The notes below the pieces were generated by a model. It was not told the origin of the DNA and ran no database searches. It saw only the letters and a program-made list of their open reading frames with translations. DNA of 64,000 nucleotides, taken from NCBI GenBank assembly GCA_012225525.1, contig GCA_012225525.1_3923.1; one strand, written 5' to 3'. Positions 9,686 to 18,206 of the stretch are shown here, one piece after another (the stretch's first letter is position 1; each line of letters opens with the position of its first letter). The translations under genes and the position numbers were made by a program. Source of the DNA: a phage.

Positions 9686-11830
9686 ATGAACAAAGTGCAG
9701 ATTATTAAAAAGAATGGCTCACTCGAAGAACCTGATATCAAAAAAGTTTTAGCAGCAGTCACAAAGTCAGCTAATAGGGTTGGTTATAAAGAGCTTCCAC
9801 CAGATGTTACTCAAGCTCTTGAGTCAGCATTTATGAGGATTCTGGTAAAGTCCGCTAAGCAGAATAATTTGCTTATCTCGGTAAATGATATTCACAGTAT
9901 TGTTGAAGGTGCTTTGGCAGAAGTTAATCACGAGATTTATGAGTCTTACTCAACATATAGAAATTACCGTAAAGAAGTTGCTCAAAATTGGGATGAACTC
10001 TACCAGAAGACCAAAGATACACTCTTCTTAGGTGACAGAGAGAATGCTAACTTTGACAGCAGTTTAATTTCTACAAAAGGTTCAATTATTCGTGGTTATC
10101 TGACTAAAGAAATCTTTAAACAGTACCATTTAACACCAGAGGAACTTGAAGCCATTGAAAAAGGGTTTATCTATATCCATGATTTAAGAGACCTAATCTT
10201 TGGTGGTATCAACTGTTGCCTGTTTGACATTGGTAAAGTCCTGAAAGGTGGCTTTGAAATGTCTGGCATCGAATATTGTGAACCAAAGTCTGTGCTGTCG
10301 GCCTTACAGGTTATTGGTGACGTAGTTCTTTCAGCAACTGCACAGCAATTTGGTGGCTTTACTTTAGCAGAGATTGATAAGGTACTTGTACCGTATGCTA
10401 AGAAGTCTCTACGCTATCATGCTGAGAAAGCAGCATCTTATGGTATTCCTAAAGAACATTACCACAATTATGTCATGGAGCAGCTACAGATTGAACTAAC
10501 TCAAGGTTTCCAGTCACTTGAAATGAAACTAAATACCGTACCTTGTAGCCGTGGGGATTTTGCATTTACAACTTTGACATTCGGGTTACTTGACTCAGAT
10601 ATGTCTAATGAAGATAACCGACTGCAATATATGATTGCAAGTACTCTCCTAGATGTTCGTATGAATGGACAAGGTAAGAGCAAGAAACCTGTTGTATTCC
10701 CTAAACTGGTTTATATTTATGACCAGAAGAGACATAATGAGAATATCTGTCAAGGCCACCTGTACAGTAAAGCTATAGAGTGTTGCTCTAAAGCGATGTA
10801 TCCAGATTTCTTAAGTGTATCTGGTCATGGTGCTGTAGCAGAAGCTTTTGAGCGTTCTGGCAAGGTAATCTCGCCGATGGGTTGTAGAGCCTTCTTATCT
10901 CCATATCTTAACGAGGATGGGGAAGAGTTCTACGTTGGTCGTGCTAACATTGGTGCTGTATCTTTGAACTTACCAATGATTTACCAGTATTCTAAAGAGA
11001 ATGGTTTAGATTTCTGGAAAGAGCTTGATAAGTACCTAGAGATGATTCGCAGCTTCCACAAGAAACGCTACGAAATGATTGCTAATATGCCAGCAAGTTC
11101 TAACCCTCTTGCGTTCACACAAGGTGGTCTGTACAAAGGAACTAAGAAACCTACTGACAAGGTTGGTTGGGATATTGTGAAGTCCTTCACAGCTTCTTTT
11201 GGTGTTACTGCGCTTGATGAGTTGTCTGTTCTTGCTGAAGGTAAACGACTTCATGAAGTTGGAAGCTATAGTTTTGCATATGATGTTCTGGCATACATTA
11301 ACATGAAAACCGAAGAGTTTAAAAATGAAGATGACTTCTTATATGCCGTCTATGGTACTCCAGCAGAATCACTATGTGGGACTCAGCTAAAACAGTTCAG
11401 AGATATGTTTGGGGTTATCAAAGGTGTTTCCGATAAGGAATACTTTACAAATAGTTTCCATATGAATGTTGCAGCAGACATCTCACCATTTGAGAAGCAG
11501 GACTTAGAAGAGCCATTCTTCCATATCTGTAGAGGCGGTAGAATCCAGTATGTAAGAGTAGCTAACCCAGAAAACTTAACAGCACTTAAAAGTTGTATTA
11601 CAAGAGGTATGTTGAAAGGTTTCTATCAGGGACTTAACTTTGACTTAGCAATCTGTGAACATTGTGGTAACAGGCCAAAGGCTGATGTTGAAGAATGTGA
11701 AGTTTGTCACTCACATGATATCTCTGTGATTAACAGGGTGTGTGGGTATCTTGGATGGACTAAGATTAAAGGTGAATCCCGAATGAACGATGCAAAAATC
11801 GCTGAGATTCGTGACAGGGTTTCTATGTAA
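9686..11830 (+). CDS. nrdD: anaerobic ribonucleoside-triphosphate reductase (class III RNR)
   Basis: 714 aa; C-terminal Cys cluster and NRVCGYLG glycyl-radical motif. Confidence 0.9.
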   Translation: MNKVQIIKKNGSLEEPDIKKVLAAVTKSANRVGYKELPPDVTQALESAFMRILVKSAKQNNLLISVNDIHSIVEGALAEVNHEIYESYSTYRNYRKEVAQNWDELYQKTKDTLFLGDRENANFDSSLISTKGSIIRGYLTKEIFKQYHLTPEELEAIEKGFIYIHDLRDLIFGGINCCLFDIGKVLKGGFEMSGIEYCEPKSVLSALQVIGDVVLSATAQQFGGFTLAEIDKVLVPYAKKSLRYHAEKAASYGIPKEHYHNYVMEQLQIELTQGFQSLEMKLNTVPCSRGDFAFTTLTFGLLDSDMSNEDNRLQYMIASTLLDVRMNGQGKSKKPVVFPKLVYIYDQKRHNENICQGHLYSKAIECCSKAMYPDFLSVSGHGAVAEAFERSGKVISPMGCRAFLSPYLNEDGEEFYVGRANIGAVSLNLPMIYQYSKENGLDFWKELDKYLEMIRSFHKKRYEMIANMPASSNPLAFTQGGLYKGTKKPTDKVGWDIVKSFTASFGVTALDELSVLAEGKRLHEVGSYSFAYDVLAYINMKTEEFKNEDDFLYAVYGTPAESLCGTQLKQFRDMFGVIKGVSDKEYFTNSFHMNVAADISPFEKQDLEEPFFHICRGGRIQYVRVANPENLTALKSCITRGMLKGFYQGLNFDLAICEHCGNRPKADVEECEVCHSHDISVINRVCGYLGWTKIKGESRMNDAKIAEIRDRVSM

Positions 11831-11844
11831 AACTTGACATGGTG

Positions 11845-11879
11845 GTGTGAGTCTTGATAGGCTTACATCACCTTTTTTA
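11845..11879 (+). terminator. probable intrinsic terminator
   Basis: Imperfect hairpin GGTGGTGTGAG...CTTACATCACC followed by TTTTTT; approximate coordinates. Confidence 0.45.
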
Positions 11880-11984
11880 TTGGATGTTAGATATGGCAGA
11901 GAGTATTATTAGGTTGTTCATAGGTTCTGTCTTACTAGGGTTCTTTTTAGGACTCTCTTATTGTGAATTAAGAGGCAAGTTAAA

Positions 11985-12185
11985 ATGTTTAAAATATCAA
12001 AAGCGTTGATATACATTCTCCACATTCTAATCTTCTTCTTTGGGGTTAGTGTTATGGTATGGGGTTTTTCAGACCCACAATGGAGTTTCGCATATCAGGG
12101 TCAGATGGATTTATGGTCATGCTTCAAACCATTTTTAGGGTTAGTCATAGCATTCAGTGCATTGCCAACTAAGGTGAAATTATGA
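11985..12185 (+). CDS. small membrane protein
   Basis: 66 aa, hydrophobic. Confidence 0.25.
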   Translation: MFKISKALIYILHILIFFFGVSVMVWGFSDPQWSFAYQGQMDLWSCFKPFLGLVIAFSALPTKVKL

Positions 12186-12577
12186 TTAAGTTGAACAAAA
12201 AACAGTTAGAGTGGATTAAAGATTATGCCTCAGAGTGTGGCTCTTGCGAAAAGAATCACGTAAGATATTCAACATTCCATACAGCCTTTACATTATATCT
12301 CAGCGAAAACGTTCTAGCTGATTCTGTAGAAGATGGTGTGTCATTACCTAATGAGTTACTTGATAAATTAGCTGTAGTTACTGGAACTTGGTCTGAAGAA
12401 GATGGTCATGAGTTATCTGATGATGTTGTCTTCTACAGTCTTGAAAATATTATGAATCCAGAGTATATTGCACTAATGACCTGTGCACAAGACTGTGTAA
12501 TCTTGCAGGATTTCATCAAGAAACACTGCGAAGAATTTATTACTAAACAGGTTCCTTGTCAGGTGGTGTTTGAATGA
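12182..12577 (+). CDS. hypothetical protein
   Basis: Track ORF; start overlaps previous stop (ATGA). Confidence 0.4.
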   Translation: MIKLNKKQLEWIKDYASECGSCEKNHVRYSTFHTAFTLYLSENVLADSVEDGVSLPNELLDKLAVVTGTWSEEDGHELSDDVVFYSLENIMNPEYIALMTCAQDCVILQDFIKKHCEEFITKQVPCQVVFE

Positions 12578-12873
12578 GTAAAACAATTCGAAGAAAAGGT
12601 TTAAAGAACGTTCATGGACTCTATGAGTGGAGAAATGAGGTACGTAACAGAGAAAATGCTTCAGATGTCTACTTCCATTCTGATATGATGTCCAGAAAAG
12701 GTGGCTCTTACGACTTCACAAGCCAGCCTTGTAGAGAGATTAAGAAGGCCACTAAACGTCTTACAAGAACACAAATAAGGCAGCTTTCTAAGACATCCTT
12801 CTTAGATGAAGATTTTGATATTGATAGCAAGTCTCCAAAGAAAGCCGCTAAGAACACTTATATGTATTGGTGA
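12574..12873 (+). CDS. hypothetical protein
   Basis: Track ORF; overlapping stop/start with neighbour. Confidence 0.4.
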   Translation: MSKTIRRKGLKNVHGLYEWRNEVRNRENASDVYFHSDMMSRKGGSYDFTSQPCREIKKATKRLTRTQIRQLSKTSFLDEDFDIDSKSPKKAAKNTYMYW

Positions 12874-12882
12874 GGTAACTAG

Positions 12883-13368
12883 ATGAATTACATGGAGATT
12901 CGACCATTTGACACAGCTAATGGTGAAGGGGTTCGTGTAAGCCTCTTCGTAGCTGGTTGTAAGCATCACTGTGAAGGTTGCTTTAATAAGGAATCTTGGA
13001 AGTTTAATGCTGGTAAAGAGTTCACTTATGCAAACCTTTATGGCATCATTAAGTTAATGGATGATAATGCCATCAGTGGGCTGTCAATACTTGGTGGAGA
13101 ACCTCTGGATGATAGAAACATTCAAGAGGTTACCAACATATGCAAACGTATTAAAACCGTTTACCCAGAAAAATCTATCTGGCTCTGGACAGGTTTTCAG
13201 TTACATGAAAAAATTCACCTTGATGTGATGAAATATGTTGACGTGGTGATTGATGGTAAGTATGATTCATCTAAACCAACAGTTAAACCGTATCGTGGTT
13301 CAGATAACCAAAACCTCTGGAGAAAAGAGTACGGATGGCAAGGTGATTGTCAGTGGAGAGCAGAGTAA
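12883..13368 (+). CDS. nrdG: anaerobic RNR activating enzyme (radical SAM)
   Basis: CKHHCEGC (CxxxCxxC) radical-SAM cluster motif near N-terminus. Confidence 0.85.
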   Translation: MNYMEIRPFDTANGEGVRVSLFVAGCKHHCEGCFNKESWKFNAGKEFTYANLYGIIKLMDDNAISGLSILGGEPLDDRNIQEVTNICKRIKTVYPEKSIWLWTGFQLHEKIHLDVMKYVDVVIDGKYDSSKPTVKPYRGSDNQNLWRKEYGWQGDCQWRAE

Positions 13369-13492
13369 ATCTCGTTATAAAGTAGGTTATCGGTAAAAGC
13401 CACTTTACAATGTTCTACAGAACAAACTTAACCGTTGGTATCACTGAAGAAGAACTTAAAACATTTTGTGAAAAGATTGAGAGAGATATGAA

Positions 13493-13750
13493 ATGGGACT
13501 CTGGAATAGTTTTAAATCAAAAGTGAAAGCAGCACTAGCTTCATTAGGTATGCTCACTGGTGTTGATGTGACTCATCTTATGCAGAACTTCAAGATGGAT
13601 GAGAAACTGGCTAATGAGATTATGAAAAGCATCTATGTAGGCCGTGGCAAAGGTGGTAAGAAGCAAGCCCATCGTCCGACTGGTGCAGCAGCAATTAAAC
13701 GCGCAGCTAAGAAAGCTCGTAACCGTAAACGTAATAAGAAGGCTAAATAA
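13493..13750 (+). CDS. small protein with basic C-terminus
   Basis: C-terminal KKARNRKRNKKAK. Confidence 0.35.
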   Translation: MGLWNSFKSKVKAALASLGMLTGVDVTHLMQNFKMDEKLANEIMKSIYVGRGKGGKKQAHRPTGAAAIKRAAKKARNRKRNKKAK

Positions 13751-13752
13751 TC

Positions 13753-14073
13753 ATGAGCAAAGTTTATAACACTCGTAAATTACAGATTTTCTTACTGTGC
13801 CAGTTTATGGCTAGAGAACATAACTCCTACTATTGTGGTACAGGATTCATTAGTGATAATGATGGCTCATATCTCCCATTCAAAGAGGCTGTAAAACTCT
13901 TCAATGAAGAGAAAAGCTCTGAGAAAGATATTGAAAAGGTTAAATTAACCTATAGTAAGAAAGATAAGAAGATTATCTGCCTAGATAACTTTGTGAAAGT
14001 TACCAAAGAAACTAAAGAGTTAATGGAAGAAAGTGAAATTCCATTCACAAGAATCTTGAAAGTAGCTCAGTAA
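13753..14073 (+). CDS. hypothetical protein
   Basis: Track ORF. Confidence 0.35.
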   Translation: MSKVYNTRKLQIFLLCQFMAREHNSYYCGTGFISDNDGSYLPFKEAVKLFNEEKSSEKDIEKVKLTYSKKDKKIICLDNFVKVTKETKELMEESEIPFTRILKVAQ

Positions 14074-14084
14074 ACAGATACTAT

Positions 14085-14113
14085 AAGGGGACTGTAAAGG
14101 TTCCCTTTTTATT
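14085..14113 (+). terminator. probable intrinsic terminator
   Basis: Hairpin around GGGGACTGTAAAGGTTCCC followed by TTTTT; approximate coordinates. Confidence 0.4.
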
Positions 14114-14124
14114 TTGGAGGTAAA

Positions 14125-14640
14125 ATGTATCTGTCAAACCTGAAACGTTCGGTTGCAATGTCAGTTCTAAGACTCAGCTTTGATGAGCGTCAAGAGTTTA
14201 TAGACTCCCACAAATATGACCCTTCAAATTCTAATCACATGGTTCTTTGGAATCGTGGTAACTTACGTGAAAGAGCACTTGTCCGTTATTACCCACACTA
14301 CACAATAGATAACCTGTATGAATGGTGTGTTGTGAAGAACACCATTGCAACACTGAACAATCTTTGCAGGTATACGGGTAAGCAAATATTTACATTAGGT
14401 CATCACAAACCTGTTACAAAAGGTGGTGAGCATCACTGTGCAAACTGGTTTATCCAAACTAAAGCTGATAACCAGAAGCAAGGAGATAGCCTCCTAAGTA
14501 TCCCTAAGATGACCTATGAAGAGCAAGAGAAATATATCAAAAATAATATGCCAGATGTGCTTGACAACAACTATACAGATTTGGCAATATCTCTCCTGTT
14601 GAAGTTCGAGACAGTTTATAGGGCAACTTATAATGACTAA
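14125..14640 (+). CDS. HNH family endonuclease
   Basis: GHHKPVTKGGEHHCANWFIQTKADNQKQG fits HH...GG...N...N-x-x-K pattern. Confidence 0.5.
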   Translation: MYLSNLKRSVAMSVLRLSFDERQEFIDSHKYDPSNSNHMVLWNRGNLRERALVRYYPHYTIDNLYEWCVVKNTIATLNNLCRYTGKQIFTLGHHKPVTKGGEHHCANWFIQTKADNQKQGDSLLSIPKMTYEEQEKYIKNNMPDVLDNNYTDLAISLLLKFETVYRATYND

Positions 14641-14911
14641 AGAAAAGTGGGAGATTTTACCATTAGTCAGTGAAGGAGGTAATGGTTGTGAAATGTACAT
14701 GATACGTGGTCATGTTCCAGAGCCAATTGCACTTGAGATGGTAAACAACTTTACAGATGGTTCTTACAAAGACTTAGGCGAACCAACTGTCAAGCAACAA
14801 TGGGTTAAACCTGTACCAGACAGCACAGGTAACTGTAGTGTACTTTATCACGTTGTAGACCCTGCAAAATGCAAATCTGCAATGGCAGTAACAAACGTAA
14901 CTTTTGATTGA
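14633..14911 (+). CDS. hypothetical protein
   Basis: Track ORF. Confidence 0.35.
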   Translation: MTKEKWEILPLVSEGGNGCEMYMIRGHVPEPIALEMVNNFTDGSYKDLGEPTVKQQWVKPVPDSTGNCSVLYHVVDPAKCKSAMAVTNVTFD

Positions 14912-14922
14912 GAGAGAAAACT

Positions 14923-15804
14923 ATGAAAACATCTATCCGTGTTACAGTTCATTCACCAACTAAAGGGACTCATGAAGAAGAGTTTAACATCGTCCAATTC
15001 CCTTCTGGTGAGATTGGTGGACACTTTTCGCCAGAGTTTGTTGATTTTACTGCTTATGCAGCATCATCCATCAACAATGTGATTATGATTGTAAAAGGTT
15101 ATGACAAGGACACATTGTTTGCTGTGGCACTTGCTAAAGAAGCAATTGATGATTTAATTCCTCATGATTATGCTTTAAAGACTGTCATCTTTTACTACTT
15201 ACCAAATGCACGATATGACCGTCACATGTTTAAAGGTGACGCAGCAGCTTTAAAGGTTTTTGCTAAACAGATTAATGCAATGGGATTTGGCGCAGTCTGT
15301 GCAGTTGACCCTCACAGCTATGTACCAGATAACCTGTTTAACTGCTTCCAGAGTATTCCTCAAAAGGAGATTGCAGTCCACTATGCAAATGACCCACTGA
15401 TTGATTACTTAGTAGCCCCAGATGCAGGTGCTGCTAAGAAGATTGCAGAGACTGCTAAAGAGGTGGATAAACCATATATCACAATGTCTAAAGTACGCAA
15501 CCTTAAGACTGGTGAAATTACTGGTATGCGAATCCTTGATGATGTTGATTTGACAGATAAAACCGTCATGATTCTGGATGATATCTGTGATGGTGGTCGA
15601 ACCTTCATAGAAGCAGCTAAACATCTTCGTGAAGCAGGTGCAAAACGTGTGGAACTCTATGTAACACACGGTATCTTCTCTAAAGATGTTGAAAACCTTC
15701 TTGACAATGGCATTGACCACATCTACACTACAAACTCTTTAGGGGAAGCTAAAGACCGTGGCTTAACACATTATGGTCAAGTTACTGTAGCAAACCTTGA
15801 TTGA
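14923..15804 (+). CDS. ribose-phosphate pyrophosphokinase-like enzyme (Prs family)
   Basis: PRPP-binding-loop-like ILDDICDGGRTF and VAPDAGAAKK; ATG at 14923 (track ORF starts at TTG 14908). Confidence 0.8.
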   Translation: MKTSIRVTVHSPTKGTHEEEFNIVQFPSGEIGGHFSPEFVDFTAYAASSINNVIMIVKGYDKDTLFAVALAKEAIDDLIPHDYALKTVIFYYLPNARYDRHMFKGDAAALKVFAKQINAMGFGAVCAVDPHSYVPDNLFNCFQSIPQKEIAVHYANDPLIDYLVAPDAGAAKKIAETAKEVDKPYITMSKVRNLKTGEITGMRILDDVDLTDKTVMILDDICDGGRTFIEAAKHLREAGAKRVELYVTHGIFSKDVENLLDNGIDHIYTTNSLGEAKDRGLTHYGQVTVANLD

Positions 15805-15813
15805 AACTTTATA

Positions 15814-15834
15814 GGGGCTTAAAAGCCCCATTTT
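15814..15834 (+). terminator. intrinsic terminator hairpin
   Basis: GGGGCTT-AAA-AGCCCC followed by ATTTT. Confidence 0.55.
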
Positions 15835-15849
15835 GAGAGAGATTAAAAG

Positions 15850-17631
15850 ATGACTAAATCACTTTATGCAGTACCAGCAGGTTTAAACGCAGATGCTTAC
15901 AAATCTGGTCATGTTTACCAGTACCCTAGTGCAACAGAGTACTTGATGTTCAACCTGACACCACGTAGTGACAAATGGTTTAACAGCCCCTTAGCAATTG
16001 ATGGTGTAGTAGCTTTTGGTATTCAACGTTTCGTTAAAGATTACTTGATAGACCACTGGAACGCCACTTTCTTTGAACGTGATAAAAAAGAAGCCATTGA
16101 TGAAATCTTAGAAGTCATGAATGGTGTTCTGGGTAAAGATGCTATCGGTCGAGAGCATTGGGAAGCACTTCACGACTTAGGTTATCTACCAGTTGAAGTA
16201 TACGCTGTAGAAGAAGGTACAGTTGTTCCTATGCGTGTACCAATGATTGTCTTCCAGAACACTGTTTCAGGTTTCCATTGGGTAGCGGGGTATCTGGAAG
16301 ATGCTTTCTCTGCTGAGATTTGGAAGGCTTGTACCATTGCAACTATTGCATTGCATTATAAACGCATCTGTAAGAAGTGGGCTGACCTTACTTGCGACAA
16401 TGACTTACATTTGCCTTATCAGTGCCATGACTTTGCTATGCGTGGTATGTCCGGCTTTACTGATGACGCATTTAACGCTGTAGGCCACTTAACCAGCTTT
16501 AAAGGAACTGATAGCTTCCCTGCTGTGTATACGGCTAAACGAATCTATGGACAGTCTTACCCAATCTCTGATATTGGTAGCTCTGTACCAGCCACTGAGC
16601 ACTCTGTAATGTGTGCAAACATTGCTTGGGAAGGTGGTAATGATTTGGTTGAAGAAGAAAGACGCTTTAAAGGTGAGTTACAAACCTTCCGTCGTTTCTT
16701 AACAGAAACTTACCCAACTGGTATTGCAAGTGTTGTTTCAGACACTTATAACTTCTGGAGAACTGTGTCAGAAATCTTACCAGCACTTCGTAAAGAAATT
16801 ATGGAACGTGATGGCAAACTGGTAATTCGTCCTGACTCTGGAGACCCTGTACATATTGTCACAGGTTATAAAGCAATCCACTTAGAATGTGCTAAGAAGG
16901 CTTATTACGAGCACCTAATCAAGCTGGAAGCCAGTGACACAATGTTGAATGCTGTTCTGAACATGAAGCTTGAAAACATCAACTATGGTATTGCTGGATG
17001 GCTACTGTCAGAAGGCTACGAAATGGTTGTTGACAGAGAAGACTTTGAAGTTGCTGATACAGTGATGTTGAAAAACGCCTATATGGTTGGTTCTGCAAAC
17101 GTTGTAACACGTCCTGTAGCAGAGATTGATGGGGCCATTAAGACCTTGTATAACATCTTTGGAGGAACTATCAACTCTAAAGGGTTTAAGGTACTGGATG
17201 AGCACATTGGCCTTATCTATGGTGACTCTATCACGTTGGAACGTGCAAACGAAATCCTGAAGCGTTTGTATGAAATGGGTTTTGCAAGCTCTAACGTAGT
17301 GTTTGGTGTAGGTTCTTACACTTACCAGTACATGACTCGTGACACCTTTGCATTTGCTGTCAAAGCAACTCTTGCAAGCATTGGTGGTAAAGAGATTATG
17401 CTTGCAAAAGACCCTAAAACAGATAGCGGTATTAAGAAGTCTGCTTTTGGTGGTGTAGCCCCTATGTGGGATGGTGAGAATCTGAAAGCTGTAGATGGCT
17501 ATGGATTCCAGAGTTTTGCAGATGCACTTGAGCATCCAGCTTGTGCTTTACGTTTAGTCTTTAGCGACTCTGAGCAGTTCGGCTACACAACTCTTGGCGA
17601 TATTCGAAATAATATTGACAAGCAGCTTTAA
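15850..17631 (+). CDS. nicotinamide phosphoribosyltransferase-like enzyme (NAMPT family)
   Basis: 593 aa; N-terminal DAYKSGHVYQYP resembles NAMPT DSYK region; adjacent to Prs-like gene. Confidence 0.8.
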   Translation: MTKSLYAVPAGLNADAYKSGHVYQYPSATEYLMFNLTPRSDKWFNSPLAIDGVVAFGIQRFVKDYLIDHWNATFFERDKKEAIDEILEVMNGVLGKDAIGREHWEALHDLGYLPVEVYAVEEGTVVPMRVPMIVFQNTVSGFHWVAGYLEDAFSAEIWKACTIATIALHYKRICKKWADLTCDNDLHLPYQCHDFAMRGMSGFTDDAFNAVGHLTSFKGTDSFPAVYTAKRIYGQSYPISDIGSSVPATEHSVMCANIAWEGGNDLVEEERRFKGELQTFRRFLTETYPTGIASVVSDTYNFWRTVSEILPALRKEIMERDGKLVIRPDSGDPVHIVTGYKAIHLECAKKAYYEHLIKLEASDTMLNAVLNMKLENINYGIAGWLLSEGYEMVVDREDFEVADTVMLKNAYMVGSANVVTRPVAEIDGAIKTLYNIFGGTINSKGFKVLDEHIGLIYGDSITLERANEILKRLYEMGFASSNVVFGVGSYTYQYMTRDTFAFAVKATLASIGGKEIMLAKDPKTDSGIKKSAFGGVAPMWDGENLKAVDGYGFQSFADALEHPACALRLVFSDSEQFGYTTLGDIRNNIDKQL

Positions 17632-17645
17632 AAGTATATGATAAT

Positions 17646-17667
17646 AGGCTCCTACGGGAGCCTTTTT
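17646..17667 (+). terminator. intrinsic terminator hairpin
   Basis: AGGCTCC-TACG-GGAGCCT followed by TTTT. Confidence 0.6.
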
Positions 17668-17684
17668 AATTTCTGGAGAAAATT

Positions 17685-18020
17685 ATGAAAATCAAAGAGA
17701 TGAACATCAACATTGTCTTAGAAGAGCGTTGGGAGAACATCAAGAAGCCTGAAAATGGTCATAAGTTCCTCAACAAAATCTTAGTAGCAGCTAAAGAAGA
17801 ACTGACTGGGAAGATTGCAGCAGCAATCACAATAAAGGTGTGTGTAAAAGGTCTTCCAGACAATCACCAATTTGCACTTGACGAGTTTAAAGAAAGCTTC
17901 TACAATCCAAACAAACAGATGCTTGAAAGTAACTTTGCAGTATCTACAAGTATCGTCCATGACAGAAGCTTTATCCTTTACAAAAACATGAGAGGTGAGT
18001 CATGCAAGCATATTGGGTAG
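17685..18020 (+). CDS. hypothetical protein
   Basis: Track ORF. Confidence 0.4.
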   Translation: MKIKEMNINIVLEERWENIKKPENGHKFLNKILVAAKEELTGKIAAAITIKVCVKGLPDNHQFALDEFKESFYNPNKQMLESNFAVSTSIVHDRSFILYKNMRGESCKHIG

Positions 18021-18178
18021 AAATTTTACTGTCACTTGGTAGTGTAGCAGTCCTTGTTTACCTTCTTTGTAAGTACTTTGCAGAACACAAGAAGTGTGAC
18101 TACTGTAATGGAGAAGGGTATACAAGAGCAGGTTGTTGCCCTATGTGTGGTGGTTCTGGTAAAATGTTTAATAAGTAA
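18002..18178 (+). CDS. small membrane-anchored zinc-finger protein (58 aa)
   Basis: ATG 18002 after GAGG; hydrophobic N-terminus then CDYCNGEGY...CCPMCGGSG (two CxxCxGxG units); not in track (under 60 aa). Confidence 0.3.
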   Translation: MQAYWVEILLSLGSVAVLVYLLCKYFAEHKKCDYCNGEGYTRAGCCPMCGGSGKMFNK

Positions 18179-18206
18179 TTTAACAGTAAACTAAGAGGAA
18201 AGTATT

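Noticed and set aside
17008-17535. Minus-strand ORF (175 aa) inside NAMPT-like gene
   Set aside because: Antisense to a well-supported enzyme gene in a uniformly rightward block.
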